Below, piece after piece: positions 34,285 to 42,896 of a stretch of 42,918 nucleotides of DNA. The position numbers and the translations under genes are program-made. The stretch is from a phage: assembly GCA_025726505.1 (NCBI GenBank), contig GCA_025726505.1_4340.1. One strand, given 5' to 3'. Within the stretch, counting starts at the first letter, position 1. Every line of letters starts with the position of its first letter. The notes under the pieces were generated by a model. That model made no database searches. It had not been told where the DNA came from and saw nothing but the letters and a program-made list of their open reading frames with translations.

Positions 34285-34548
34285 CTATTCCAGAATATTC
34301 CTCACGTAATCCTGCAACATGAATACTTTCAGTCTCAGTTGCCGTACGCATTCGGCGTTCTGAACGTCGATAGCTAAATCCTCGTCAGCGTCGCTACTTG
34401 GCGCCGCCAGCTTGCACGGCGGCTGCATCGTCATCGTATCCGGGGATGGAATTGGCGTTTGTGACGGCACGGGACTTGAGCAGGACGCGAGCATCGTCGA
34501 AAGTGCACACGCTGCGGTCAGGCGTTTTAATGTACTTAACGACTTCAC
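34285..34548 (-). CDS. o-spanin (Rz1-like outer-membrane lipoprotein)
   Basis: Signal peptide with lipobox LASC, Pro-rich mature region (SSPVPSQTPIPSPD...QPPC); overlaps the i-spanin gene out of frame. Confidence 0.55.
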   Translation of the reverse strand: MKSLSTLKRLTAACALSTMLASCSSPVPSQTPIPSPDTMTMQPPCKLAAPSSDADEDLAIDVQNAECVRQLRLKVFMLQDYVRNILE

Positions 34549-34780
34549 GGGTAATTACCTCAGATTTCGTCTTGCCTTCGTTGTCAGCGGCTGCGGCCTT
34601 CGATTCATCCTGCTGCTGCCGTTGTGTTTTCTTCGCTAACTCAGCCTGTGCTTTCTGCTGTTGCTGCGAAACGAGATTCGCCCGGCCCTCATTCCAGCCA
34701 CTGCGGTACTGGTAGATGCCGTGTGCGTAAGCCAGGATGATGAAACATGCTCCCGCTACGACAGTTGCTTTAAGATTCAT
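34394..34780 (-). CDS. i-spanin (Rz-like)
   Basis: 128-aa product with N-terminal TM anchor (VVAGACFIILAYAHGIY) then charged helical region (QQQKAQAELAKKTQRQQQDE). Confidence 0.55.
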   Translation of the reverse strand: MNLKATVVAGACFIILAYAHGIYQYRSGWNEGRANLVSQQQQKAQAELAKKTQRQQQDESKAAAADNEGKTKSEVITREVVKYIKTPDRSVCTFDDARVLLKSRAVTNANSIPGYDDDAAAVQAGGAK

Positions 34781-34804
34781 GTTTCTCCTTTCTCGATAAG
34801 TAAA

Positions 34805-34824
34805 GCCCCGCCATAAAGCGGGGC
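34805..34824 (-). other. GC-rich hairpin upstream of spanin genes
   Basis: GCCCCGC-CATAAA-GCGGGGC, 25 nt upstream of the i-spanin start on the minus strand. Confidence 0.45.
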
Positions 34825-35031
34825 GCTAGTCCTTATCATTTAAACATAAAAACGGCGTAATCTCAGTAAACCAGCTACTTTTTACACAAGCAATAGAGTA
34901 TGGCCCTTCCGAACGCGTCAGCGTAACTACACTCAGGACTTACGTCCCGCTCCGTTACCTGCCCGCGCCGCGGTCGCTTGTTCATACTTCACAAGCTCAG
35001 GTGGAGCTTAGCACATTTTCAGTGAAAAGTC

Positions 35032-35047
35032 AACTATTCGAATAGTT
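35032..35047. promoter_or_regulatory. Perfect 16-bp palindrome AACTATTCGAATAGTT
   Basis: Self-complementary; abuts a minus-strand TTGACT -35-like hexamer; related half-site array at 34262-34299. Confidence 0.55.
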
Positions 35048-35099
35048 TATTCCAACATTTACAATTGAGCGGAATAACTGGAATACGTAGACAAATAGT

Positions 35100-35128
35100 T
35101 TGCAGACACCAATATAATAGGGTACTAT
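35100..35128 (+). promoter_or_regulatory. Promoter-like element copy F (TTGCAG-N17-TACTAT)
   Basis: TTGCAG (35100-35105), spacer ACACCAATATAATAGGG, TACTAT (35123-35128); 27 nt upstream of ATG 35156. Confidence 0.55.
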
Positions 35129-35155
35129 TCAGTTAACTTAAACAGGAGATGAAAA

Positions 35156-35971
35156 ATGAAACATGTAATCAGTTTTTCAGGCGGCAGAACATCAGCGTAC
35201 ACAACCCTTGAAGTGCTTAAACTTCACCCGGATGCTGAGGTTATTTATATGGATACCGGGGCGGAGCACCCAAAGACCTACGAGTTCATCCGTAATTTTG
35301 CTAAGCACTTTAATATTACGGTGACGTGCCTGCGGGTTGTTCCTAACCCAGAAATGCGTAAGGCCAGTACCTATGAAGTCCTTAGCGTAGATGAAATAGG
35401 TCCTGACCTGGAGCCGTGGCGCAGAATGCTGCGCAAGTACGGTCACCCATACGTCGGCGGCGCGTTCTGCACAGACCGGATGAAGACGGTGCCGTTCACC
35501 AAATACTGCGACGAGAAATACGGCAAAGGAAATTATGAGCGCTGGTTGGGAATTCGCTGTGACGAGCCAAAACGACTTGGCAACCGTGGACCGGGATTCC
35601 ATTACCTTGCAGACATTAGCGACTTCGAAAAGCAAGACATACTCGAGTGGTGGTCGCAACAATCATTCGACCTTGGCATTGAAGAACACTTAGGTAACTG
35701 CGTATTTTGCATCAAGAAGAGTTTACAGAAGGTTGCACTAGCGGCGAAAGACGAGCCACAACTCGCAGCGGAGTTCTGGCAGATGATTCAGGACGAAGAT
35801 AAAAAGGACGACAAGGTAATGTACCGTTCGAACCGGAGCCTTGGCGAGGTCATCGCTTTGTTTGGCAGTGAAGACCGCGCAGAACTTGCGGTCCGTATGC
35901 GCTCAATGCGGCAGTACGACACAGGGTCATGTAGTGAAAGTTGTGAGGCATTTTCTTCCGAAGAATACTAA
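35156..35971 (+). CDS. PAPS reductase-family PP-loop enzyme
   Basis: N-terminal PP-loop HVISFSGGRTSAY; C-terminal Cys motifs GNCVFC and GSCSESC; single opposite-strand gene inside the head module. Confidence 0.75.
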   Translation: MKHVISFSGGRTSAYTTLEVLKLHPDAEVIYMDTGAEHPKTYEFIRNFAKHFNITVTCLRVVPNPEMRKASTYEVLSVDEIGPDLEPWRRMLRKYGHPYVGGAFCTDRMKTVPFTKYCDEKYGKGNYERWLGIRCDEPKRLGNRGPGFHYLADISDFEKQDILEWWSQQSFDLGIEEHLGNCVFCIKKSLQKVALAAKDEPQLAAEFWQMIQDEDKKDDKVMYRSNRSLGEVIALFGSEDRAELAVRMRSMRQYDTGSCSESCEAFSSEEY

Positions 35972-35994
35972 ACTTCGTTAAAGAAATAAAACTA

Positions 35995-36013
35995 AGGCCC
36001 CATAACGGGGCCT
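35995..36013. terminator. Bidirectional terminator after the PAPS-reductase-like gene
   Basis: AGGCCCC-ATAAC-GGGGCCT followed by TTTTATCATT. Confidence 0.7.
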
Positions 36014-36017
36014 TTTA

Positions 36018-36479
36018 TCATTCTGGCTTAGTAACCTTCGCCGCTTTACTTACCGCCTCTACGCCATCGGCATCGGTAACTTTCACGAAGTAATCACCCA
36101 CCGCGTTGACCGTCAGAGACAAAGCCTCTTCCGGCGCGTTAACCACTTCCTTTCCGTCTTTAAACCAGGTAAGAGAGTACGGTGCTTTGCCCGCCTTAAC
36201 CTCGACAGTGATAGTTGCGCTGCCGTCCGCCAGTTCAGTGTCTTTCGGTTGCACAGAGAAATACACATCGCCAGCGTCCGCCAGATACGGAATCTCGTAA
36301 AGCATGCCCGCCGCAGGTAGCGCAATACCGGTTTTATCCGCAAACGGCATATCGTCTACCGGTGTGCCTAGTACACTTTCGTCCCCAACAGACACCACGT
36401 TCTCACCGGAGCCAGACACGCGAGCAAACTGGACTACGCGACGCGACGGTACATCAGTTACTTTGAAAAAGCCCATCAT
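36018..36479 (-). CDS. Ig-like domain protein (second decoration-type protein)
   Basis: 153-aa product with KAPYSLTWFKDGKEV...GDYFVKVTD, paralogous to the Ig-like motif at 31736-32077. Confidence 0.55.
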   Translation of the reverse strand: MMGFFKVTDVPSRRVVQFARVSGSGENVVSVGDESVLGTPVDDMPFADKTGIALPAAGMLYEIPYLADAGDVYFSVQPKDTELADGSATITVEVKAGKAPYSLTWFKDGKEVVNAPEEALSLTVNAVGDYFVKVTDADGVEAVSKAAKVTKPE

Positions 36480-37555
36480 TATTCCCCTTTCAGATAATCA
36501 GCAACACGTTTATCGAGTTCCGCCATCTCTTTAATAGTCAGCGGACGCCCGAAACCATCTACAGATATTACGCGAAACTCCTCCGGCGATATACCGCTGT
36601 TACGGAAAATCTTACCGCGAACAGGGCCGAGCGCCTGGTCCTGAAACCATGCCGGTTGTTGTTTCAGGAACTCGTAATAGGTGGTGTCGGCGCTTACCTG
36701 AGTGCCGCCGTCTGCGCCCTTAGCCGCGCGTTTTGCGCCTTTATCGAGGAAGTCGAACTCTGAACTGATTACCGGGGCCGTGCACGACCGACAATTCGGA
36801 TGGGCTGGGGGCGTCGGACCTTTACCGATTTCCCACGTCATTCCGTCCCTGGCTCTGCAAATCGTACTGGTACGGCTGTCCAGCGTTGACACCCACTCGT
36901 ACTTCTCGATGATGTCGTCGTTCTGACGGTACGTCTCGTTACGGGCTTCATTGGATACGTGAGACAGCGCGGTGCGGATTACCGTAGCGACGTTGCGCTC
37001 AGAGATGTCCGCCAGCCCGCCAGCGCCCACAACATTCTTAACAATCTGCCGTGTTGTCTGGCCCTGTACGAAACCCATCTTAACGCCAGTTACCAGGCGC
37101 GCGACTTCTGTTTCACCCCAGCCAGTCATCAGCTTAGTGAAATCAACAGGCTTGTCGCTTAACGATAAGGGTTGAAACTCGGCAGCGGCCCACACCTGCT
37201 CGGCGGTAGGTGTAACAAATTCCGCGTTAACGTTAGTCGTCAGTGTCTTCACGTTCCACTCGGCCTCATACGCCGCCAGTTCCTTTAGGTCTTCTGTCAG
37301 CTTCGTTTGCCAGTCGCCAGTTAGCCCGGTAAGCGCTTCTTCCAGGTTGCGTAACAGTTTATTAAGACGCGCGGTGCTTCGCCCGTCGTCACCGAATAAC
37401 AGCACCTGCCGTTTGATTTCATCCCGCATTTCCTGAATGAACGGTGCGAGGTCTTTCACTTCGCCGGATGCGGCGCGTTGTAGCCATATCTGGTGGCTGA
37501 TTAGGGATGTAAGTAAGCTCATAGATAAACCCTGTGGCGCTAAAGTTAATAGCAT
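36479..37555 (-). CDS. Head morphogenesis protein (SPP1 gp7 / Mu F-like)
   Basis: Family motif WEIGKGPTPPAHPNCRSCTAPV; follows portal gene; alternative ATG at 37522. Confidence 0.75.
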   Translation of the reverse strand: MLLTLAPQGLSMSLLTSLISHQIWLQRAASGEVKDLAPFIQEMRDEIKRQVLLFGDDGRSTARLNKLLRNLEEALTGLTGDWQTKLTEDLKELAAYEAEWNVKTLTTNVNAEFVTPTAEQVWAAAEFQPLSLSDKPVDFTKLMTGWGETEVARLVTGVKMGFVQGQTTRQIVKNVVGAGGLADISERNVATVIRTALSHVSNEARNETYRQNDDIIEKYEWVSTLDSRTSTICRARDGMTWEIGKGPTPPAHPNCRSCTAPVISSEFDFLDKGAKRAAKGADGGTQVSADTTYYEFLKQQPAWFQDQALGPVRGKIFRNSGISPEEFRVISVDGFGRPLTIKEMAELDKRVADYLKGE

Positions 37556-37565
37556 ACTATAAGAA

Positions 37566-37581
37566 AGCCCCTTTCGGGGCT
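37566..37581 (-). other. Intra-operon hairpin between portal and head morphogenesis genes
   Basis: AGCCCC-TTTC-GGGGCT. Confidence 0.45.
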
Positions 37582-37591
37582 ATATGTGAAC

Positions 37592-39073
37592 TTACTGCTG
37601 AGTGGTGTCCTGTTGTTGCGCAGACTGCGGAATCTCCCCCTGTACCCGGGTAACCGCGCCTAACGGCAGCGGCGCATCCTCGATAGCGTTCTGAATATCC
37701 TCGTCGGTCCAGTCCGTTACGCCCGCCTTGCGCAGCGCGGCATAGTAAGCGGTAGCAGGTAACAGTCCGGCGTTAATATCCGCCATCCACTGCGCGCGGT
37801 CCTGAGCGGTCATTGGTTGCAGGAAGAATTCCATGTTTAGCTTAAACTCAATCTCCGTGCCTTCACGCAGGCCCATCATAGCGGCTACCCAGCGCAACGC
37901 TTCGGTATATGCCATGCTTACGTTACGCGCGATAGTAGCCATTACGGACGTGTCGGCGCCGCGTTGCAGGCGGGCGGATTCGGCGGTGATTTGCTGCGTC
38001 GGGGTGATAAGCTGCGCACCAATCTGGATTGCCTGATTCTCTTTGTCCAGCATGTTCTGTTTAGCCAGGTTATTCTCCCCCGCCTGGACCAGAAACGCGT
38101 TGCCGCCGTAGCCGATGTTATGGCCTGAACGCGACCCCATGCGCACACCGTGTGGGTTTGCTTCTGCCCACTGTTCCATGCTCATGTTCTCACCCGGAGC
38201 AATGAACAGAGTGGGCTGGCCGACAACGAAGCTGGATTCCTCGTTGTCCGCGCTGTTGCGGAAATGTCCGATATTAAGCTCAGCTAATGGCAGCAAAGGC
38301 GCATCGTCGATGGTCGCATCGTTGTTGCTTGCCCCAATGAACGTGAACGGGATTTTGCCGCGTAACTGTTCGCCAAGTTCCGGGAATATTTCGATTACTT
38401 CACCATTAGCCCCACCTTCGGCATCGAAGCGGTAAATGCGCTGGCGGTAGCGCCCGTCAATCAAATCGAGAACGCGATACTGCTCACCGAACTTGGTTTC
38501 GAACTCTGCGCCCGGTTCCGAGTACTCCCACACCTCACGCAACACGACCATCGTCACGCGGTTAACTGAACCAACGCGAGTCAGTCGCCAGTTGATGATG
38601 TTCTCTGCGGTGTAAAATGCGATGACCGGGTTTAATAATCCCGCATTCTGTTCTGCCGCCGTTGCCGCAGCAGTCTCCGGGGCATCAACCAGCAACCCGC
38701 CACGGCCCACCGAGTCAATCTCCATTAACGTATCCTGCGCGTGCTGCCACAGCCCGACACCGGAGCCGTCCGCATTGCGCAACAGGTACTCAAGCTCAGG
38801 GGGGATAATTTGCTCAGGATCTTTACGCATAACGCTACCGACCATCCCGGCCAGCGTTCTCTTGGTGAAGTTGTAGCAGATAGCGCCGTTCTCGTATTCT
38901 TCCTGGCGCTGGGCCGCGTAGGTCGGGTCAGGCTCATTCTTCCCGACGTTGCGAAGATAGCGGATAAGGTCGCCTTCCAGTGCGTGGCGCACCTTCTGCC
39001 ATTTATCGAAGTGATGCAGCCATTCCCAGTGTTTAGTTTTAACACCCTGATTCTGACCGTTCATAGTTAACAT
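37592..39073 (-). CDS. Portal protein
   Basis: 493-aa ORF directly downstream of terminase large subunit; AAGAGGA RBS. Confidence 0.8.
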   Translation of the reverse strand: MLTMNGQNQGVKTKHWEWLHHFDKWQKVRHALEGDLIRYLRNVGKNEPDPTYAAQRQEEYENGAICYNFTKRTLAGMVGSVMRKDPEQIIPPELEYLLRNADGSGVGLWQHAQDTLMEIDSVGRGGLLVDAPETAAATAAEQNAGLLNPVIAFYTAENIINWRLTRVGSVNRVTMVVLREVWEYSEPGAEFETKFGEQYRVLDLIDGRYRQRIYRFDAEGGANGEVIEIFPELGEQLRGKIPFTFIGASNNDATIDDAPLLPLAELNIGHFRNSADNEESSFVVGQPTLFIAPGENMSMEQWAEANPHGVRMGSRSGHNIGYGGNAFLVQAGENNLAKQNMLDKENQAIQIGAQLITPTQQITAESARLQRGADTSVMATIARNVSMAYTEALRWVAAMMGLREGTEIEFKLNMEFFLQPMTAQDRAQWMADINAGLLPATAYYAALRKAGVTDWTDEDIQNAIEDAPLPLGAVTRVQGEIPQSAQQQDTTQQ

Positions 39074-39085
39074 TGAATAATCCTC

Positions 39086-40321
39086 TTAAAGTGCGAAACG
39101 AACTGGGGTATTGATAACAGGGCGGACAACAGGGAACAACCTATGCATACAATAACCTAAACTGTCGTTCCAGTCGTCAATAGCCGGGTGGGTTTTAAAC
39201 TTCTCCGGTTCACCGTTATCGTTATACCCCTGCGTCTCCAGTGACTGCGTTAATTTAGGGCATTTTGAAGTGTTAACCTTCAAACGGCTATGTGACAAAA
39301 GAGCGTTAACCGCGTTTATTCGGTCTTTAACGAATGGGTTCTTACTTGGAGCGTTAACACGCAAGCCAGCCTTTTCTATGATACCTATGTCGGATAATGA
39401 TGCATTAGTGTGACCTGAGCGGCCTGATGCGTCGGGGTAAACCGTAACCGTATGGCCCGGATACCGTATCCTGACATTATTGACGAAGTCGTCGGTATTA
39501 TGGCTGACAAACTCATCAACAACCGTCGGGTTGCCGTCTTCGATAACGCTCACGGTGGCGCAACAGCCACCGATGTTAAAGTCCAACCCTATGTGCAGAG
39601 CGTCTCCGTTCTGCAAGGTGCGAGTGGAGTCATGGGTGCTTCGTTTGAAATAGTGATACACCTTATTGGCCGTCAAACTGACAAATTCACCGTTGATATA
39701 CATATCGGCCAAAGCCGCGTCGTAGTTCCTGCGTATCTGTTCGACGTAGCCATCAGGTAAATAGGGGTTAGACAACGTAGACGCCTTAATCAGTTCCGTA
39801 GAACTGTCAGCGTTAGTAACCCAATAGTCATACACAAATCCAGAGAATCCCTGGTCAGGTGTGGTCACAGCAGCAATGCTGTTACCCCCTCTGCAAGGCT
39901 GTCGGGTACGCTCTGAAATTTTACGCCACACCAGAGACGCCTGTTCTTTAGTAAGAACGTCAAGTTCATCGGCTACAGAATGGGCTACTTCAAAAGCGAT
40001 TAGACGGTTCGGGTTGTCGTATGACCTGAAAAACATAGTGCCGTACCCCTTAACATGGATACTGTATTCTGATTTGTTGAGGTCATACTTAAGCCCCATC
40101 ATGTTCAGGTCATCAACCACACCAGGGATGGCGCGCAGCTTCAACAGGTCATACGTAGGCATGGTGTACAGGGTGTTTATCCCGCGCTCGCGCAACATGA
40201 GATACAGGAGACGCATAGTGGCCGCGCGGGACTTGCCCGCCCCCAGTCCCGCGACAATAGCTGGATGTGTCTTTGTACTGAACACAAAGTCCTGTTGTGG
40301 TTCGGTTAATGGGATATCCAT
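39086..40321 (-). CDS. Terminase large subunit
   Basis: N-terminal Walker A VAGLGAGKS; 411 aa; followed by portal gene. Confidence 0.85.
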   Translation of the reverse strand: MDIPLTEPQQDFVFSTKTHPAIVAGLGAGKSRAATMRLLYLMLRERGINTLYTMPTYDLLKLRAIPGVVDDLNMMGLKYDLNKSEYSIHVKGYGTMFFRSYDNPNRLIAFEVAHSVADELDVLTKEQASLVWRKISERTRQPCRGGNSIAAVTTPDQGFSGFVYDYWVTNADSSTELIKASTLSNPYLPDGYVEQIRRNYDAALADMYINGEFVSLTANKVYHYFKRSTHDSTRTLQNGDALHIGLDFNIGGCCATVSVIEDGNPTVVDEFVSHNTDDFVNNVRIRYPGHTVTVYPDASGRSGHTNASLSDIGIIEKAGLRVNAPSKNPFVKDRINAVNALLSHSRLKVNTSKCPKLTQSLETQGYNDNGEPEKFKTHPAIDDWNDSLGYCMHRLFPVVRPVINTPVRFAL

Positions 40322-40833
40322 TACTCAACCCCCGGTTTAACAGCCTTAACGAATCGAATCTCAATAGGTTCTGAACCCTCGCCCGTTGATTCTTCTTTCT
40401 TATTCAACCCCAACTTAGCAGCAGCAAACGTAGCCGAGATACCAGCTGCGCCTGTCTCAGTGAAATACGCCTCTTCCAGCGCCTGAGCGGTTTCATAGGC
40501 TTCTGCAAATGCGGGAATCTCGCGCAGCCACAGTTTAATAATCGGGATAGTGACGCCAATGTGCAAGGCGAAGCGGGCCAGTGACGGTGGTTTATCCTGA
40601 ATCAGCGGGCGTTCGTCACCCTTGGACGTAGGCACAAGTTCCCACGACGTGCGGTCGAAGAACTCGATTAACGCGTCGCAGTAGTCCGGGTCCCACAACG
40701 CGGCGGAATTACGGGATGATTGATAAAGGCTCTGTTTACCGCGCGGTCGTTTACGGCGACGGTTTGCGCTAACAGCTTCTTCATGTGCAGCTTGCACCAC
40801 CTCTGGTGATGGCTGCTTGAGTTTCAGCTTCAT
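40321..40833 (-). CDS. Terminase small subunit (positional)
   Basis: 170-aa ORF with basic N-terminal region (ANRRRKRPRGK) directly upstream of TerL; start placed at ATG 40833 with AGGGG RBS (track GTG 40872). Confidence 0.55.
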   Translation of the reverse strand: MKLKLKQPSPEVVQAAHEEAVSANRRRKRPRGKQSLYQSSRNSAALWDPDYCDALIEFFDRTSWELVPTSKGDERPLIQDKPPSLARFALHIGVTIPIIKLWLREIPAFAEAYETAQALEEAYFTETGAAGISATFAAAKLGLNKKEESTGEGSEPIEIRFVKAVKPGVE

Positions 40834-40932
40834 AGAATCCCCTTGCATATGCGTCTGACCATCAGAGCGCACCAGACGCGCCCTACGCGTCTAAAGGGAT
40901 TATATAAGGGGATTGGGCGGGATGTACAGAAA

Positions 40933-40950
40933 AGCCCTCCGTAGAGGGCT
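40933..40950 (-). terminator. Terminator between early-left genes and the late operon
   Basis: AGCCCTC-CGTA-GAGGGCT followed on the minus strand by TTTTCTG. Confidence 0.55.
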
Positions 40951-41052
40951 TGTATCAGTTGTATAGGCCGTGTCGTGGTGCTCTTTTACCATCGCCGCCG
41001 TAATGGTCGTTAGCTACGGCGATAGTCCAGGCGTTAGGGATGATTAGCAGTC

Positions 41053-41235
41053 TCATTTGAAAAACCACAACAGGATGCCTGCCACTCCTGATACACCCAT
41101 GCCTAAAAACATAGGCCACCACAGATGGCGAGGAAGACTGTTAAACAAAGTCGGTTGTTTTATCAGCACAACGAGAAAGGCCAGCCAAAACACCAGGTCG
41201 CCCGCGGCATCAAGTGCCTTCAAAAACTCAATCAT
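41053..41235 (-). CDS. Small membrane protein
   Basis: 60-aa product with two hydrophobic segments. Confidence 0.5.
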   Translation of the reverse strand: MIEFLKALDAAGDLVFWLAFLVVLIKQPTLFNSLPRHLWWPMFLGMGVSGVAGILLWFFK

Positions 41236-41492
41236 TCCCCACTCTCCTCTTTTGCAATGCGTTGTTCAGTTTTAGTGATACCCCGGCGCGTGAATAACAC
41301 CGGGCTTGTCTTAACGTGCGTCATCAGACGGTTGTTATAAATTACGTGGCGCTCGCAATCAAGGTCTTTGCTGTACTTCGCAATCGTCATTTCGTTGATG
41401 CCGGTTTGTCGACATGTCTCGGCCATCGTGCCGTATTCTTTAATCAGGTTCGGAATGCTGGTAATCATCCTAAGAAATTCCTCGTTGTCCAC
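41232..41492 (-). CDS. Small HTH-containing protein (possible regulator)
   Basis: 86-aa product with HTH-like MAETCRQTGINEMTIAKYSKD. Confidence 0.45.
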   Translation of the reverse strand: MDNEEFLRMITSIPNLIKEYGTMAETCRQTGINEMTIAKYSKDLDCERHVIYNNRLMTHVKTSPVLFTRRGITKTEQRIAKEESGE

Positions 41493-41624
41493 ATCGCATT
41501 CGGATATTTGTTATCACGGTCCTGCACAACGGCAATCATGTTACCGCGCTGCACGAGGCAGAAATGCCGTTGTTGCTCGCCGTTGTAACGACGCCAGATT
41601 GCTTCTTCTATTGCTGCGTCGATG

Positions 41625-41906
41625 TCACTGAGCATACCCAATACCCCACATAACCAACATCCCGACCGCTACGCCAATTGACACACCAACAGCGACGCCA
41701 ATTAACATTGATACCTTTGCGTCTTTTCGTGCTTGCTGGCTACGTGAAATTTTGTCCCCCTCTAACATGTTGCGTACGCGAACTAAGTGTTCAACTTCCA
41801 GTTTCGCGGCGGTCAGCTCCTGAGTTGCTTTTGAGTATTTACCGTTCATCTTATCCAGCGCCCTCTTTAGGTCTTTGTTCTTCTTGAGTTGCTCAATCTG
41901 CTCCAT
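41625..41906 (-). CDS. Coiled-coil protein with C-terminal TM anchor
   Basis: 93-aa product; charged helical N-terminus, C-terminal VSMLIGVAVGVSIGVAVGMLVMWGIGY. Confidence 0.5.
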   Translation of the reverse strand: MEQIEQLKKNKDLKRALDKMNGKYSKATQELTAAKLEVEHLVRVRNMLEGDKISRSQQARKDAKVSMLIGVAVGVSIGVAVGMLVMWGIGYAQ

Positions 41907-41908
41907 AA

Positions 41909-42100
41909 CTACCCCACTATCTCATCACCTAGCCACGCCGTTTCTCGTATATCGTCGACCACACAAGCGGCGTGCTCCCGGCTAATTGCAAAAATGTAGA
42001 AGCTGAACTTCTTCCCGTCGGCGTCGATGTGGTTAACCGAGTATGGTTTCCACAGGACGCCATCAATGACTACTGGTTCAGGCGCTTTCATACCCATCAC
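41909..42100 (-). CDS. Hypothetical protein
   Basis: 63-aa ORF in early-left operon. Confidence 0.45.
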   Translation of the reverse strand: MMGMKAPEPVVIDGVLWKPYSVNHIDADGKKFSFYIFAISREHAACVVDDIRETAWLGDEIVG

Positions 42101-42275
42101 CAGGGGCTTTGTTCAGATTAAAGCGGTTAATCAGTTCACGGCGCGTCTCGTAAAGCGACTCTACCATTTGCTCAGCTACGGCAATTTTAGTATTCAGGAC
42201 GTACATAACGCGCCCGATGTCTACACCGCCGTTAACAGCCTCTACCATCATCTTTTCGTAGTCGCGGTCAGTCAT
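42078..42275 (-). CDS. Hypothetical protein
   Basis: 65-aa ORF in early-left operon. Confidence 0.45.
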   Translation of the reverse strand: MTDRDYEKMMVEAVNGGVDIGRVMYVLNTKIAVAEQMVESLYETRRELINRFNLNKAPGDGYESA

Positions 42276-42429
42276 TTTTACGCTCTCCCCACATGCGATT
42301 GAGATACTTGTTCTTGTCCGGCCCCGGGAAACTGTTACGTTTCATCAGTTCCTCGCGTGTCGGGAACGGGGTGTGACTAACTTTACGGCCTACTCGTAAT
42401 GGCTGGCTGATTGGTGTTTGTTCGCTCAT
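42268..42429 (-). CDS. Candidate 53-aa hypothetical protein
   Basis: ATG 42429 overlaps upstream stop; below track cutoff. Confidence 0.3.
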   Translation of the reverse strand: MSEQTPISQPLRVGRKVSHTPFPTREELMKRNSFPGPDKNKYLNRMWGERKND

Positions 42430-42614
42430 TCAACAATCTCCCATTTAACACCGTGTGCGTCTTTTCCACTGTCAACAAGACCAATCACCTCTTCCCCTCC
42501 GTCTCCGACCAGAACTACAAGTCTGGAGCCGGGTATGAATGCATCGCACGTATAAACCTTACCTTCGGTAACATACCCGCATGACTTGTCTACTTCGACC
42601 GCTTTAACTTTCAT
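42426..42614 (-). CDS. Hypothetical protein
   Basis: 62-aa ORF; GGAGAG RBS. Confidence 0.5.
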   Translation of the reverse strand: MKVKAVEVDKSCGYVTEGKVYTCDAFIPGSRLVVLVGDGGEEVIGLVDSGKDAHGVKWEIVE

Positions 42615-42760
42615 TTCTTCTCTCCTGCATAAGCTGCTTTCAGTGCCTGCATCGCGGCAGCCCAGAACGCGTCGGCCGGGATATTACCGCTCAGGTTACC
42701 AACGGCGATGCGTGCCATCAGTTGCGCGTCTTCGAATGCATCGATATCTGTGATTTTCAT
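42611..42760 (-). CDS. Candidate 49-aa hypothetical protein
   Basis: ATG 42760 with AAGGAG RBS; ATGA overlap with next gene. Confidence 0.35.
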   Translation of the reverse strand: MKITDIDAFEDAQLMARIAVGNLSGNIPADAFWAAAMQALKAAYAGEKK

Positions 42761-42867
42761 TTCCCAAACACTCCTTTAGTTTTCAGATTATGGCGGTAGA
42801 ACTGCATCACATGTTCGTTATGGAAGTTACTCATCTTCTCTACTCCGTTCTCGCTGTCGATGGAGTA

Positions 42868-42896
42868 AATATAATTGGTGTAAGAGTAATAGTCAA
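42868..42896 (-). promoter_or_regulatory. Sigma70-like early leftward promoter
   Basis: Minus strand TTGACT (42896-42891), 17-nt spacer, TATATT (42873-42868); upstream of a chain of small minus-strand ORFs. Confidence 0.5.

Noticed and set aside
15934-36013. Repeated near-identical GC hairpins as a possible CRISPR-like array
   Set aside because: Copies are tens of kilobases apart at gene boundaries, not regularly spaced with unique spacers; they behave as terminators or processing hairpins.
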